Of a stretch of 52,881 bases of DNA, positions 12,521 to 25,219 are shown piece by piece (within the stretch, counting starts at the first letter, position 1; each line of letters begins with the position of its first letter). The notes beneath the pieces are model-generated. The model was not told where the DNA came from, did not search any database, and saw only the letters and a program-made list of their open reading frames with translations. Source of the DNA: Octopus bimaculoides (taxonomy: Eukaryota); the NCBI RefSeq assembly GCF_001194135.2, contig NC_068981.1, positions 159,071,402 to 159,124,282 on the forward strand, read 5' to 3'. Position numbers and translations under genes: made by a program.

Positions 12521-12530
12521 GGATACTCAC

Positions 12531-12713
12531 ATTTTTTGAGGTAATGGTCATGCGAATAATTTTGTTTTTGTGAGCCACATAGGCAAAGGAGTTAAAGAGA
12601 TAAGGGGAAATTTGAGCTGTCAACATTGAAGCATCAGCACTTGGAGGAATTATCTCCATAGGCCGTACTGGCAGAGGACATTCTTCACGTTGCTCCATCC
12701 AAAATACTTCACC
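12531..12713 (-). CDS. LBP/BPI: LBP/BPI exon: GEVFWMEQREECPLPVRPMEIIPPSADASMLTAQISPYLFNSFAYVAHKNKIIRMTITSKN, phase 0 to 0
   Basis: Acceptor TTTGCAG|GGT; donor AAT|GTGAGT; 183 bp; GE start, proline-rich linker and S-x-Y-x-FNS motif of the C-domain start. Confidence 0.93.
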
Positions 12714-12726
12714 CTGCAAAACAAAA

Positions 12727-12768
<42 letters not shown>

Positions 12769-12769
12769 T

Positions 12770-13087
12770 AAAATCTGGCAATTAATCATATATTAATTAG
12801 TATCGATTAATTATCAGGAGGCCAGCACATCTAAAGAATCAAAGAGATTCAGAAATATTATCTGCAATCTCAGGGGATTAAGGTACATTTTAAAAAAATA
12901 ACGTCGACCACTAACGTGGACAATTAATGCACTAGAAATAGATCACATCTTGTGTCTAGTAAGACCTAAATTGTTCTCAACATGAAATATAGCAGCATAC
13001 CAAAACGTGAGCGGGCAAGACATTTAAAATCACCTAAAAAAGCATTCTTAAACAGGAACCGGTTTCGGATTTAACAAATTCTTACCA
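12770..13087 (-). mobile_element. Penelope-like repeat, truncated inverted copy of 5129-5420
   Basis: aggaaccggtttcggatttaacaaattcttacc and gatcacatcttgtgtctagtaagacctaa match the reverse complement of 5150-5300. Confidence 0.55.
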
Positions 13088-13367
13088 TATATATATATAT
13101 ATATGTATGTATGTATATTTGAGAAAAAATGGTGGTGATAATTTTTATTTTAATCCTAATAATAATATTTACAATGAGTTACTCTGATATGAGTTTTGAG
13201 CTTCAAGTAGCTGTTTTCAAAACTGAAAAATATATGTTTTACTGGTTGCTTAAATAGCAAAAGATTTTTTCTTACAAGTATACAGATAAAAAGAATATAC
13301 ACAAAAAAGGAAAAAAATATATTAAAAACAAAATATATATATATATATATATATATAGGCACAGGAG

Positions 13368-13557
13368 TATCTAATTACCTCTGCCTTAGCGAAGCCGGAG
13401 GTATTGTTTTCAGTTGTGTTTGTTTGCTTGTTAGTCCGTGAACAAGATATCTCAAGAAGGAGTGGCTGTATGGTGAGTAGCTTGCTTACCAGCCACATGG
13501 TTCCGGGTTCAGTCCCACTGCATGGCACCTTGGGCAAGTGTCTTCTACTATAGCCTC
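13368..13557 (+). mobile_element. Helentron-like (HINE) 5' end fused to a SINE 5' part; duplicate of about 36155-36344
   Basis: Near-identical reverse complement of about 36155-36344, including the junction ctcaagaa|ggagtggctgtatgg. Confidence 0.8.
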
Positions 13558-15020
13558 GTCCCATGTCTTTTTGGGTCTACCCTTTCCACAGATACCCCCA
13601 CAATTAGAGCTCAGCACTTCTTTATGCAGCTGTCCTCATTATCAATAGCAAATACATTACCTTAGCATATCAATGTGAACCTGGCGGCAGCATAGCAGTC
13701 CAGCCATGTCATGTTAAAAATTATGTGATGATATGTATATTAAAGATATTCTTTCCCATTGCATATTTCTTTTCTACTTTAGCTTTTTAATGCTGCAGAC
13801 ATTATATATGCTGATACCAACTTGCCTCTTGCACATCATATGAATGACCTCTAAGAATTATTTTCATTTCTAGCAAATTGAATTTATCAACATCTGTAGG
13901 TATACATAATCGAGATTAGTTCTCCCAAAATTGGAGCACATGCCCTCACTAGAAGTGCAAGACAGCATTTCAGTGGTGTAACAAAGATGGTAAGTATAGA
14001 TGTTATTAAAGCTACTTTCTGGAGTAAAATAATTTATTTACTTTTAAAAATGACTTTGTTCTATTAAGCACACCAAGAGCTTTATTTTCCTAGAGTGATT
14101 CAATTTAGAAAAAAAAAGAAAAGATATTAAAAATATCAATTTTTTTTTACTTCAAATAGGTTTTTAGTTTTGTTGTTAATGCGAAAATTTATCAGACAAT
14201 ACTTAGAGGTGGGAACCATAGAAAAGTTTGGGAACCAGTGAACTATCTCATCATTATCATTGTCGTTTAATGTTTGCTTTCTATGCTATTATGGGCTGTA
14301 ATTAGTAATAGGGAAGAAGTAATTTTGGTTGCTAATGACAGTTGTTTTCTATTATTATTGGAAAATGTAAAAAAAAAAAAGAAAAAAAGATAAATATAAA
14401 TATCTGTCTTTATTTGTTTTGTTCTTGTTTTTCCACCATTGCATATTTAATTTATTAGATACTAAATAAGTCAATAAGGATATTGTAGGGTAACCATGAA
14501 TTTGGGTAGTCAACAAACTAGATTGTAGGTCTGAACTTTACATAGTTAATTTAGATAAAAGATGCTGTTACTGGAAAGTTTAAAAGCATGGTTTTCAGAG
14601 CAAAAATATTATAACAATTTAGTGATTAGTTATGTGGGAAATGATAAAATCTATTGTTAGTAATAAATTATGAGAGTAAGATCAAAAAGAAAATTAGATT
14701 AGAACAAAACTGATCTAATTTTTTTTTTATTGCCATATTGCTAAGGAAGATTAGAATGAAAGAAGTATTTAAAAAGAGCAGAGGTGTATATGTGATGGGA
14801 TTTACTCCTTTTTGTGTTCAAATCACTTTAAAGGTCTTCATTTTAAAAGATGGTAGAAAATTGTTGAAAGAGTTTTGGGTAATAATCAGAGTAGAATGTG
14901 TGACTGCATAAAAGCTTTCTTGCTTTGATATGATAATTATTATGATATAGGGAGTGGGTGGGTTATTACACTATTAGCCATATAATATGAAAAAAGAAAA
15001 AAAAACAGCAAAAAACTAAC

Positions 15021-15109
15021 CTTGAGATCAGTTTCTAAAGATTTGTTAATAATAGGAGGTTGTAATAAATCCACATTCAAGTAGAAACTATTCATGAAAT
15101 GTATATTTG
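15021..15109 (-). CDS. LBP/BPI: LBP/BPI exon: NIHFMNSFYLNVDLLQPPIINKSLETDLK, phase 1 to 0
   Basis: Acceptor TTTTTATTGCAG|CA; donor AAG|GTTAGT; 89 bp. Confidence 0.88.
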
Positions 15110-15259
15110 CTGCAATAAAAAGACACCCAAATCAGTAGAGGTCGTGAATTTAAACATATGTAGGCATTAGGAACAAGTACTATGCATGTATACAAATACA
15201 CACACATACACATATATAAAACACGTCCACATTCACATGCTTGTCTCTCTCTATACATA

Positions 15260-15480
15260 TACAAGGAAGTGCTGAAAAGTTCCTGGTTTAGTGTAAAAGA
15301 AAATACAGGAGGACCAGTTGGTTATGATTTTATTTAACATATTCTTCTCTCAGATTCACACACTTATTGCAGCAGTACTTCAGTTTTTCTAAACCCTGTA
15401 AAAGAACTTGGAAGGTTGGGCCTCCGACTAGGCCTTTCACGATATCTTTAAGGTCAGGAATTTTGAAGCACTTCCTTATA
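15260..15480 (+). mobile_element. mariner-type terminal fragment
   Basis: TA + caaggaagtgctgaaaagttcctgg resembles a mariner TIR; no transposase left. Confidence 0.55.
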
Positions 15481-16675
15481 ATATATGTATGTATGTATGT
15501 ATGTATGTATAAAAAATATACAAAAAACAGACAACAGACAAGGTGTGTTAGTTTAATGCTTAGCAAAGTGGAAGAAGTTTTCAACATTTCGAATCTAGGC
15601 TCTTCTACAAAAGGAATGAAGGGAAAAAACAAGGAGAAAGAAAAAAAATGGAGGGGAAAAAATGCAAATCTGAATTAATGATGACACATTAATGAGTTAC
15701 TAATAGTTTCATGCTTTTATGATACTTTAATTAGACAGATTTATAAACCCCGCTATGTATCTCCAAGCAATCTTTCAAGGCTCTGTTTATGTTTTAGATG
15801 TATTTTAAAAATCAGGATGCTGGACAGTGAGAAAATAGAAAAACCATAAGAAAGATGCAAAGAAGGTTGAAGCAAAAAGTGGAATGTAAAGACAGAAACC
15901 AAAGCAAATAAACCAAGATCCCTGTCCTCCCAGATTGCAGAAACTATGATTAATGTAACAGGTGTAGAACAATATAACAGAAAATATGCCTAAGTCTACA
16001 ATATGACATGTATGTGTGTATCAATAATGTACAATATAAGAGGTCTATTTCAACTAATCTTTCCAATTGGCTCTGCACAGAAATTTGGCAATTGGGTGAT
16101 TACTTCATACTACACCCATCAGAGTGACTGGTGTGGAAAAACTGGTACTGGCTCTCTGCTATTAGAGGTGAGAAGTGTCATGTGCCACGTCCAGTTTGTG
16201 GGTGCTGCAAAAAGGAATGGAATGGACCTATGGGTGATGATAAGAGAGGTACACCATTAAGTGTTATATCCTTTGCCCACCAAAAACTGAGTTGGGGATA
16301 ACTACCAGCAAAGTATGGTTTGGGTGCAAGCAATGCAGTATTAATATGTGTGCAAGGGTTTTGAGAAGGATGGGTTGGGTGTCCAAATTTTTAACCCTTG
16401 TGTAGATGTAAATGTTTATATGCGTTTATGTGTGTATAGCTGGGTGTGGTCTCAGGTTGTGATGGTTGGAACTCTGATAATGGAAGTCCTAACATTAATA
16501 ATGATGATGGAATTTGGTCTCTCTGAATTGAAAAACTGATTGGTAAGACTTATGATACTGTATGCTATTAATATTAATATGCCTACTTTATTGACAAGTG
16601 TATGAGGGCTTGCTTTTTCTGATTTATGGATTTTTAAATGACTATATATCTAAATATATATGTAAGTAAACGTAT

Positions 16676-16725
<50 letters not shown>

Positions 16726-17849
16726 TTACACACACACACACATATATATAATCCCCCAAAAAATGAAGAACAAACACAAGAAAAAAACAATGTGAGGATG
16801 TGGTACATACAAAGTATTAACAGATGTTCAGAGAAGGAAAGAAAGGTAGTTTTACTTTTCGAGCAAAAGTATAGAGTAATGCATCAGATTGATGTAAAAT
16901 TGTTTTTGCTATCTTGTTATACTTGGGTGTTTACATACCCGTTACTTAGCGGTTCAGCAAAAGAGACTGATAGAATAAGTACTAGGCTTACAAAGAATAA
17001 GTAATTGGTTCGATTTGTTCAACTAAAGGCGGTGCTCCAGCATGGCCACAGTCAAATGACTGAAACAAGTAATAGAATAAAAGAATATGCATGCATGTGT
17101 GTGTATGTGTAGATGTAAGCATACATCTGTATCTATCTATCTATCTATCTATCTCGATATATAGATATAAATATAGATAGATGCTTGTATATATGTATTT
17201 ATTCATGTATGTATATGTAGATGCAAATGTGCATATGAAAATTTTTATAGTCATCAAAATCAATTTTTGATTACTGGACTAAATCTGAATAACAACATCT
17301 TTCTATGATACTTACTTATACATTTATTCCAGCCTAACAACAACACAAATTTTTTGTAATTTGTGAAACACCCATTCATATAATATTCTTATTAATGAAT
17401 TCATATCTATTTCAACTGTTAGCTCTTTTGTTACCATATTTCCATTAAAACAGATTGCTTTTCTTTAAATTAATTTTCAAAGTAATGAAGCATATAGTTA
17501 AATTACTTTGTCATTTTTAAGCTGATGTTTGGAACATAAATTAAGATGACATTTTCCTGAAACATCTTAATTTAGTTTACTTTAAAACAGGAAGTATCTA
17601 ACATAAAACCAAGGGCAGTTTTGGATGGTTTAGTCTCAAAAGAGTTACTGGTCATAAGAAAGTCAATTTTTTTGAAATTATTCCTATTTTCTGATGTAGA
17701 ATATACAGAAAAAGCTGGATGTATATAATAAAGTAAATAACAACGAAAGAGCTTTGATAAAAAAATTTAAAATAAACACAAACAAAAACAAAACAAATAA
17801 CTTACTGTTTAAGCAAGTTAAACAAACAATTGATTAGTTAGTAGGATAT

Positions 17850-19075
17850 TTAACCCTTGGTCTACCAGAGAAAATGTATGTCACTAATTACCAACTGGGT
17901 TCAATGGACCTAATATTTTTTTTTTAAATTTAAATGTTGAAGTGAATCTAACGGTTTTTGTGCGTTATTTTAAATGGCTTATAAACACCGTCCATGCTGC
18001 AATTGTTTTCGTTCCAGCACACGATCTCAGATCAGGCCACTTGCTATGCAAGTACATCGCCGCAATTTTTTGTTTNNNNNNNNNNNNNNNNNNNNNNNNN
18101 NNNNNNNNNNNNNNNNNNNNNNNNNNNNNNNNNNNNNNNNNNNNNNNNNNNNNNNNNNNNNNNNNNNNNNNNNNNNNNNNNNNNNNNNNNNNNNNNNNNN
18201 NNNNNNNNNNNNNNNNNNNNNNNNNNNNNNNNNNNNNNNNNNNNNNNNNNNNNNNNNNNNNNNNNNNNNNNNNNNNNNNNNNNNNNNNNNNNNNNNNNNN
18301 NNNNNNNNNNNNNNNNNNNNNNNNNNNNNNNNNNNNNNNNNNNNNNNNNNNNNNNNNNNNNNNNNNNNNNNNNNNNNNNNNNNNNNNNNNNNNNNNNNNN
18401 NNNNTTTCCTGTCTTTTTTTTTTGGAAGGGGGGGCTACACAAAGAACATCTTCCTTTTTTCTTTGACTGAGAATCTCAAATGAGGTTGAAGATCATTTTC
18501 TTTTCTTGTTTGATTGAGAAATGTTAGCAGAACTAGAAGATTGTTTGTCAAGTTCTTGTTGAGCATTAACTCCAGCAAGTTCCTTTCCTAACTGAATTAG
18601 GCACTGTCTTCTTTTATCCTTGAAACTTTGCAAGTGAAGCTGTTTAGCAACAATGAAAGCATTCACTGCACTTATATCAATCATGTTGTAAAATATAACC
18701 ATAGGCCATCTTCAAGTCATTCTTTTGCAAGTGTATGTCCTTACCATCTTATCTAGGGTATCTACTCCTTTTGTTTTGTTGTAACATGTAATAACTTCAG
18801 GTTTCTTTTCAGCACTTTTTGAATCAATTGAAGGCTGAGAGTGCATTGTATTCATAAGTTTTCTTGGGACAATAAGATAAGATCATAGAATCCTTTTGAA
18901 ATCCAAATATTGTGCTGTTGATTTCCCTTTCTTTTCCATTTGTGAAAGCACATAATCACTTTCACCATCATTTCCAGAACAAGAGAAGGAATCACTATTA
19001 CCTTCTTCCCATTCTTCATCTAATTCCAATAACTTTTTCGATATTTGGTCTTCACTCAAGTTTCCACATCAAGGC
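17850..19075 (-). mobile_element. piggyBac transposon remnant (transposase C-terminal part and one end)
   Basis: YNKTKGVDTLDKMVRTYTCKR..RWPMVIFYNMIDISAVNAFI on the minus strand; TTAA+CCCTT terminus at 17850; gap at 18076-18404. Confidence 0.85.
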
Positions 19076-19085
19076 ATATTGGAAA

Positions 19086-19480
19086 GCACAGGCATGGCTA
19101 TGTGATAAGAAGCTTGCTTACCAACCACATGGTTCTGGATTCAGTCCACTGCATGGCACCTTGAGCAAGTGTCTTCTACTATAACCTCAGGCCAACCAAA
19201 GCCTTGTGAGTGGATTTGGTAGACGGAAACTGAAAGAAGCACATCGTATATATGTGTGTGTGAGTGTGTGTGTGTGTATGTGTGGGTGTGTTTGTATTTG
19301 TGCCCCCCACCATCGCTGGTGTGTTTATGTCCCTGTAACTTAGCAGTTTGGTAAAAGAGACTGATAAGATAAGTACTAGGCTCACAAAGAATAAGTCCTG
19401 GGGTCGATTTGTTTGACTAAAGGTGGTGCTCCATCATGACCACAGTCAAATGACTGAAACAAATAAAAGAATAAAAGAAC
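19086..19480 (+). mobile_element. tRNA-derived SINE, full length
   Basis: Head ggcatggctatgtgataagaagcttgcttacc, central (TG)n, tail gactgaaacaaataaaagaataaaag. Confidence 0.88.
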
Positions 19481-19998
19481 TGAACTATATGAAACTTGAT
19501 AGCAGACTAAAGGCAGATATTGCTCTCTCACATATTAATACTCTCCTGAAAGATGATGCAATATATTGTAAGAATTGCGTCATTGCATAGAAATACTGCA
19601 TCACCCTATAACCTAGCAGATTGAAGGTGATGCAAAACCACACAAATTTACAGGAATATTTTCATAATTTTTCCTATTTTAGTTAAAATACAGCAAATAA
19701 ATTGAATACAATTTTATCTATTTCATATCTGATAAATATCTAGGAAAATTATATTTGATACTGCTTTTATTCTGTTTAGAATGACAAGAGTATTGTCTGA
19801 ATTTAATTCAAGGATTCAATGGACCCATATGGTAATTAATGTATAAAGTGAAATTTTCTAGCTTTTATAAACATACGGAAAATTTCCCATTTGACAAATA
19901 AAAGAAGGTTAACCAATTGATTAATAAATAAAGTGCATGTTATTAATATTAGCATAATGACTCTTCTTAGACACTACAAAATATAATAAAGTACTTAC

Positions 19999-20065
19999 AT
20001 GGAATTTCATTGATTACTTTTGCAAGCTCTGAATTAATACTGCTGATAGTGTGGCTGGAACAGAT
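19999..20065 (-). CDS. LBP/BPI: LBP/BPI exon: ICSSHTISSINSELAKVINEIP(S), phase 0 to 1
   Basis: Acceptor TTCTTCAG|ATC; donor T|GTAAGT; 67 bp; second disulfide Cys. Confidence 0.9.
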
Positions 20066-21149
20066 CTGAAGAATGGAAACAAGGGAAACATGTTTGATAA
20101 GATGGTTGACACATCTTGCTGAAAGATGTTCTTTTTTATGTCATTTATTTTATTTTATTTTTTATCTTTCACTTGTTTCATTATTACAGAAGATTGATAA
20201 CAAATATCAGATGCAGACTCTGTTCCAAGGAATCACTGTCTATTTTATGGTCCAATGAGAAGATCATTAATAGAATTTCTGAAAGAATATCAAGATGCTT
20301 CCATGCTTATACATACACTTTCGCACAATGCACTTCTAAGGAAGTTAGGAAAGATGTAGTATGGTTTGTTAGGGTAGGATGTAGAAAAAGATTTATTGTT
20401 GTTACATGTTGTTATATCAAATCTCCTGCAAGTCAACATGAATGTTTATTTCTTTTGATTTCATTAAGACATCTTTGACCCAATGAGTAGCTATCAGATT
20501 ACCCCTCGTTTGAATAATTATTACTTCTGAGATTCTGCTGTATCATGAAAATTGTTGAAAAACAATTATTTGAAAACAATTATTTGGAAAAAAGTTATTC
20601 GAAATAAATATCATTTATGTACTTGATTTTTAATTTCATCATTTTTGTTTAAATAAAATAAAAAATTTAGAATAATTAACATTTCAAATAATTGTCCTTT
20701 TGAATAATTTTCATTCATACAATTTTCTATTCAAATAAATGTTTTACGAATAATTGTTTTTGAATAATTGTTTTCGAACAATTATTTTTGAACAATGTTC
20801 ACATAATCAATTCTGCTAGTTATGAAACATATGTAGCCTGGATTTTACCTACTCCACTCCTTAACTTTGGATTTCTATTCACATACATAGCAACCCCTGG
20901 TGCTAGATGTAAGCTATAAAGCAATTTTTTCATCTTATTGAACAGGAAAAACTGACAACCTTCTATAATAGACAACTATTGTTTCTGAAAGTTGTTTTTT
21001 ATACCTTCTACAGACTACTCAAAACTTATTATCTTCCAACACCTTAATCCTTGGATGTTACCTTTACTTATTACTATATATATATATCACTACAATTGTT
21101 TTGATCCCTCGTGGGTGGGGTACTGTACAACTGGTTGAGTTACATCATT

Positions 21150-21789
21150 TGGCTCAGATGTGTCTCCTCAGGTGATTTTCTAGAGGCATCTCAGATAAAC
21201 CCTGTTTCATACAACTTGTTACTGCAAGTTTACTTTTTAGGCTTCGTTGATAGACTTTATTGATAGGGTGTTCTTGATGGCTTGAGATAAAAAATTGGCC
21301 CTTTCTCGTCTTGTATGAGAAATACCGAATGTCTTTATGCCTGATAAGAAACTCAGACACTCCCATGTCCCTGGTGATGGACCTGATTGACTTGGAGGGA
21401 TTGTTGTCAATCAAGGCCTGGATCTCACCAACAAATTCAAGAGTAATCTTTTCTTATCAGAACAATCAGAGTGAGTTTCCTGAGCTGCTGTACCTTCGTA
21501 ATCACCATTAGACTCATCCAACTCTTTCCAAATCCTCTACACTGTCCTCAGATTGACACCCAAACACTCTGAAGTGTTTGTATTGGAGCTTCTGGCATGA
21601 ATGCCAAGCAGTGCAGCATGTTGTTTCCAAATTTCTGGCAGAGTGAATTGTGTCATGGTGCTGCTTTTCTCACAGGACAGTGCCAACTGGCCCTACTATA
21701 CTGTGTAGTCAACAAAATCAAAAACAAACAATGTGCATGTGCGAAATTAAAAATATAAAATGGTAACAATTTACCCATCGCACCCTGTA
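21150..21789 (-). mobile_element. Tc1/mariner remnant (transposase N-terminus and TIR)
   Basis: MIDNNPSKSIRSITRDMGVSEFLIR..YFSYKTRKGQF; TA-CAGGGTG terminus near 21789. Confidence 0.75.
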
Positions 21790-22361
21790 TATATGGGTGT
21801 ATGTGTGCGCGTGTGTGTGTATTTTTATTAATATTTAGCAGAAGCGACAGAGTGACTCAAGGTTTTGTGCGTTGGCACTTATCAAATTATATATGTATAT
21901 ATCTATAATTTTTGGTGATTCTGAGGCGAGTTGTCTCACCTGGTCTATGACGTTCAGGTGTCCTGTAACACTCAGTGTGTAGGGTGCTTTCCCAAAATGC
22001 TATCCTGCAGCAAATTCAGCATATCACTTGACTGTGTATGTTTGATTGATAAAGTTTACATCACTTGAGCTGCTTTTAATTCATAATTTAATTTTCTTTC
22101 ACATGTGCTATGCCACAGCACATTAGCAAATAGATTTCACTTTGTTTGCACATAAGTCACAGACCAGAGATTAAATTTGTTTTGAGACGGTCCAAGTACA
22201 TGATATTGATAAGCCACAATAATAACAAAATATTGACTTGTTGTTCTCAGTGATTCTGAGGCAAGTTGTCTCACCTGGTCTGTGACAAATAGGTGTTCAT
22301 TGGATGCTATCTCACAGCAAATATAAACGAAACACATACGCTGTGTATGTGCGATAATGTT

Positions 22362-22395
<34 letters not shown>

Positions 22396-22889
22396 CGTAT
22401 ACACACACACACACACACATATATAGTTGAAATATATAGAAAAACAAAAGATGAAGACGGGTGTATGAACAACAAGCAAGTGTATTAGTTTGATGCTTGA
22501 GAAAATGAAAAAGTCTTTTACGTTTCAAGCCTATGCTTTTCAACAGAAAGGAATAAGGGAAAATAAACAGAGAGAGAATGTAAAAAACTTATATATATAT
22601 ACATATACACATTTATGTATTTGTTTTGCATGATTCTTGATGTGAAAGTGTGCGNNNNNNNNNNNNNNNNNNNNNNNNNNNNNNNNNNNNNNNNNNNNNN
22701 NNNNNNNNNNNNNNNNNNNNNNAAAAAAAAAAAAAAAAAAAATAACTATCTCCAAGTACAGCAATATATAAATACATATATATATGTACATACTACTACT
22801 ACTACTAATATTAAAAACAATTTTATAACTTATTCACCAACAGGTGAGTATAATGAAAGCAATATTAACAGAAATGAAAAAAATAATAC

Positions 22890-23047
22890 CTGGCTTTTTA
22901 TGGCACTTTGGATTTTTGAAGCTAAACTGCCTCTAAATCGATTTATAATAAAAGAAGCTCCTCCATGAAAGTTTATATTGGGCTTTGGAACTGAAGCAGA
23001 ACAAGCACCCACTTGAGCAGATATTTTTTTAGCTTTTATATTGTCAC
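22890..23047 (-). CDS. LBP/BPI: LBP/BPI exon: DNIKAKKISAQVGACSASVPKPNINFHGGASFIINRFRGSLASKIQSAIKSQ, phase 1 to 0
   Basis: Acceptor CACTTTAG|GT; donor CAG|GTATTA; 158 bp; first Cys of the conserved N-domain disulfide and the FHGGASF motif. Confidence 0.9.
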
Positions 23048-24249
23048 CTAAAGTGAAACATTGAAAATAAAAAAAAAATATTTAATAAGTTTATAAGTAA
23101 AAAAACAATGATTACAATGCATTAGCAGTAAGTACAAAATTTGAAAGATATCGAAACTTCTATGTTTCTATGTGGATTTACAACTGGAAAATTCCTTGCC
23201 AAGATTCAGACTTGGACAAAATTTTTCATGGAAGTCCAGCAGTTGCTCTTCTATATGCTCCCAATGTTACCTGAGAAAAATTCAGGGCCAATACACCTTG
23301 GCATCAATATTGTTACTGTTTTGCCTTCAGAATGCAAAAAAGTCTGCACAAATTTTGCAAAGAATCTCATCCAACACTAACTATTTTACTAATCCATACC
23401 ATGGACTAATATTTCATTTCCAACTTAAATAAAACATGGAAGCCAGAGTTAACCTTAGCAGAATGTGAATAAAGAATGCAGAAAGCTAGAAAAATAAAAG
23501 TCATTTTATTCAACGTTCTAATCCGATTGAATTAACCCTTGTAGAGGGCTAAAACTTATCTATTAACTCCAGAATTAGAATACACCAGGTGGCTAGAGTG
23601 TTGGGCTCACAATCATAAAGATTGTGGGTTCAATTCCTACATTGGCCAGCATTTCATTTCCTATTCAACTTATCTGAAATGAATACCAATCAAGTGCCAA
23701 TCAAGTGCCAACACAACGCTCTCACCTTCAAGCTGAGAGAATGTTTATAGATGCTTACAACCTAAAACAACAACAGTTTTTACTTATCCTTTACAAAATA
23801 AATACCATATATTAAACAGTTGACCTATATCTATAGTAGGTATGGGCAATCTTTGTTTTTAGAAAAGTAGGCTGCATGAGACGTGGCTCATCATCAAATT
23901 TTACTGCACTACTAAGAATTTTGATGTAGGCCACAGATTGCCTATGACTGATCAATAAGTTATTGAAAATCTATGTTCTTTTATTCTTTTACTTGTTTCA
24001 GTCATTTGACTGCAGCCATGCTGGGACACCACCTTTAGTTGAAAAAAAATCAACCCCAGGACTTATTCTTTGTAAGCCTAGTACTTATTCTAGTGATAGT
24101 GTTGCTGCTACATATCTGAAGCTGGATGTATAATAAAGTAAAAAAAAANNNNNNNNNNNNNNNNNNNNNNNNNNNNNNNNNNNNNNNNNNNNNNNNNNNN
24201 NNNNNNNNNNNNNNNNNNNNNNNNNNNNNNNNNNNNNNNNNNNNNNNNT

Positions 24250-24363
24250 ATATATATATATATATATGTATGCATATATAGATGTATATGTAGGCATGCA
24301 TATGTATAGATATGTATGTATACAAGCATATGTATAGATATATATGTATGGATGTGTATATAA

Positions 24364-24394
<31 letters not shown>

Positions 24395-24590
24395 GACACA
24401 TATATATATATGTAGATTTATATGTATATATATGTTTGTATATATATATGTACATATATGTGTATATATATATGTATGTATATATATATATGTATAAATA
24501 TATGCATGTATATATGTGTATATATATAGGTGTACATATATATGTATGTATATATATATGTGTATATATATAGAAGTATATGTATATATT
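24250..24590. repeat. Compound (TA)/(TG) low-complexity microsatellite
   Basis: Direct reading; source of the spurious YIYI ORFs. Confidence 0.95.
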
Positions 24591-24780
24591 CTTTTATTTT
24601 TGTATTTTATTATTAAGTCACTTGACTGTGGCCAAGCTGGAGCACAGGCTTTAGAAAATGAAAACATTTAGTAAGACTACCATGTAAATCTTGGCAGTGA
24701 TTTGAAACCTCTGCTTGTGTGCTATGTTACTATTTCTAAACACTCTTACCTACTGGGCCACCAAAGCAGCTTTTATCACT

Positions 24781-25218
24781 CTCTTTTACTCCCTTTTACT
24801 CTTTTATTTGTTTCAATCATTTGACTGTGGCCATGCTGGAGCACTGCTTTTAGTCGAGCAAATTGATCCCAGGACTTATCCTTTGTAAGCCTAGTACTTA
24901 TTCTATCGGTCTCTTTTGCCGAACCGCTAGGTTACGGGGACATAAACACACCAGCATCGGTTGTCAAGCGATGTTGTGGGGGGGGGGGACAAACACAGAC
25001 ACACAAACATATACACACACATACATACACATATATATATACATATACATATATACGACGGGCTTCTTTCAGTTTCCGTCTACCAAATCCACTCACAAGG
25101 CTTTGGTCGGCCGAGGCCATGGTAGTAGACACTTGTCCAAGGTGCCACGCAGTGGGAATGAACCCAGAATCATGTGGTTGGTAAGCAAGCTACTTACCAC
25201 ACAGCCACTCCTGCACCT
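24781..25218 (-). mobile_element. tRNA-derived SINE, full length, CpG-retaining
   Basis: Colinear with 35805-36253 and 19086-19480. Confidence 0.9.
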
Positions 25219-25219
25219 G

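Noticed and set aside
19086-19180. SINE heads as tRNA genes
   Set aside because: They have A/B-box-like motifs but no full cloverleaf, and each continues into the SINE body.
21905-22295. About 40-bp direct duplication (tgattctgaggc.agttgtctcacctggtct.tgac)
   Set aside because: Short and diverged; most likely an internal repeat of an unclassified element with no further structure.
23271-23343. Candidate missing BPI exon (TFLHSEGKTVTILMPRCIGPEFFS, donor G|GTAACA)
   Set aside because: The end phase fits, but the nearest acceptors give the wrong start phase or an in-frame stop; the peptide is not clearly BPI-like.
23400-23485. Strong acceptor TTTTATTTTTCTAG|C with a downstream GTATGG donor as the missing exon
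   Set aside because: The required frame reads FLHSLFTFC then stop.
24050-24667. Long ORFs such as the 205-aa YIYI-rich one, and ORFs spanning N runs (17.9-18.5, 36.7-37.1, 38.3-38.9 kb)
   Set aside because: They arise from microsatellites or gaps and have no protein-like composition.
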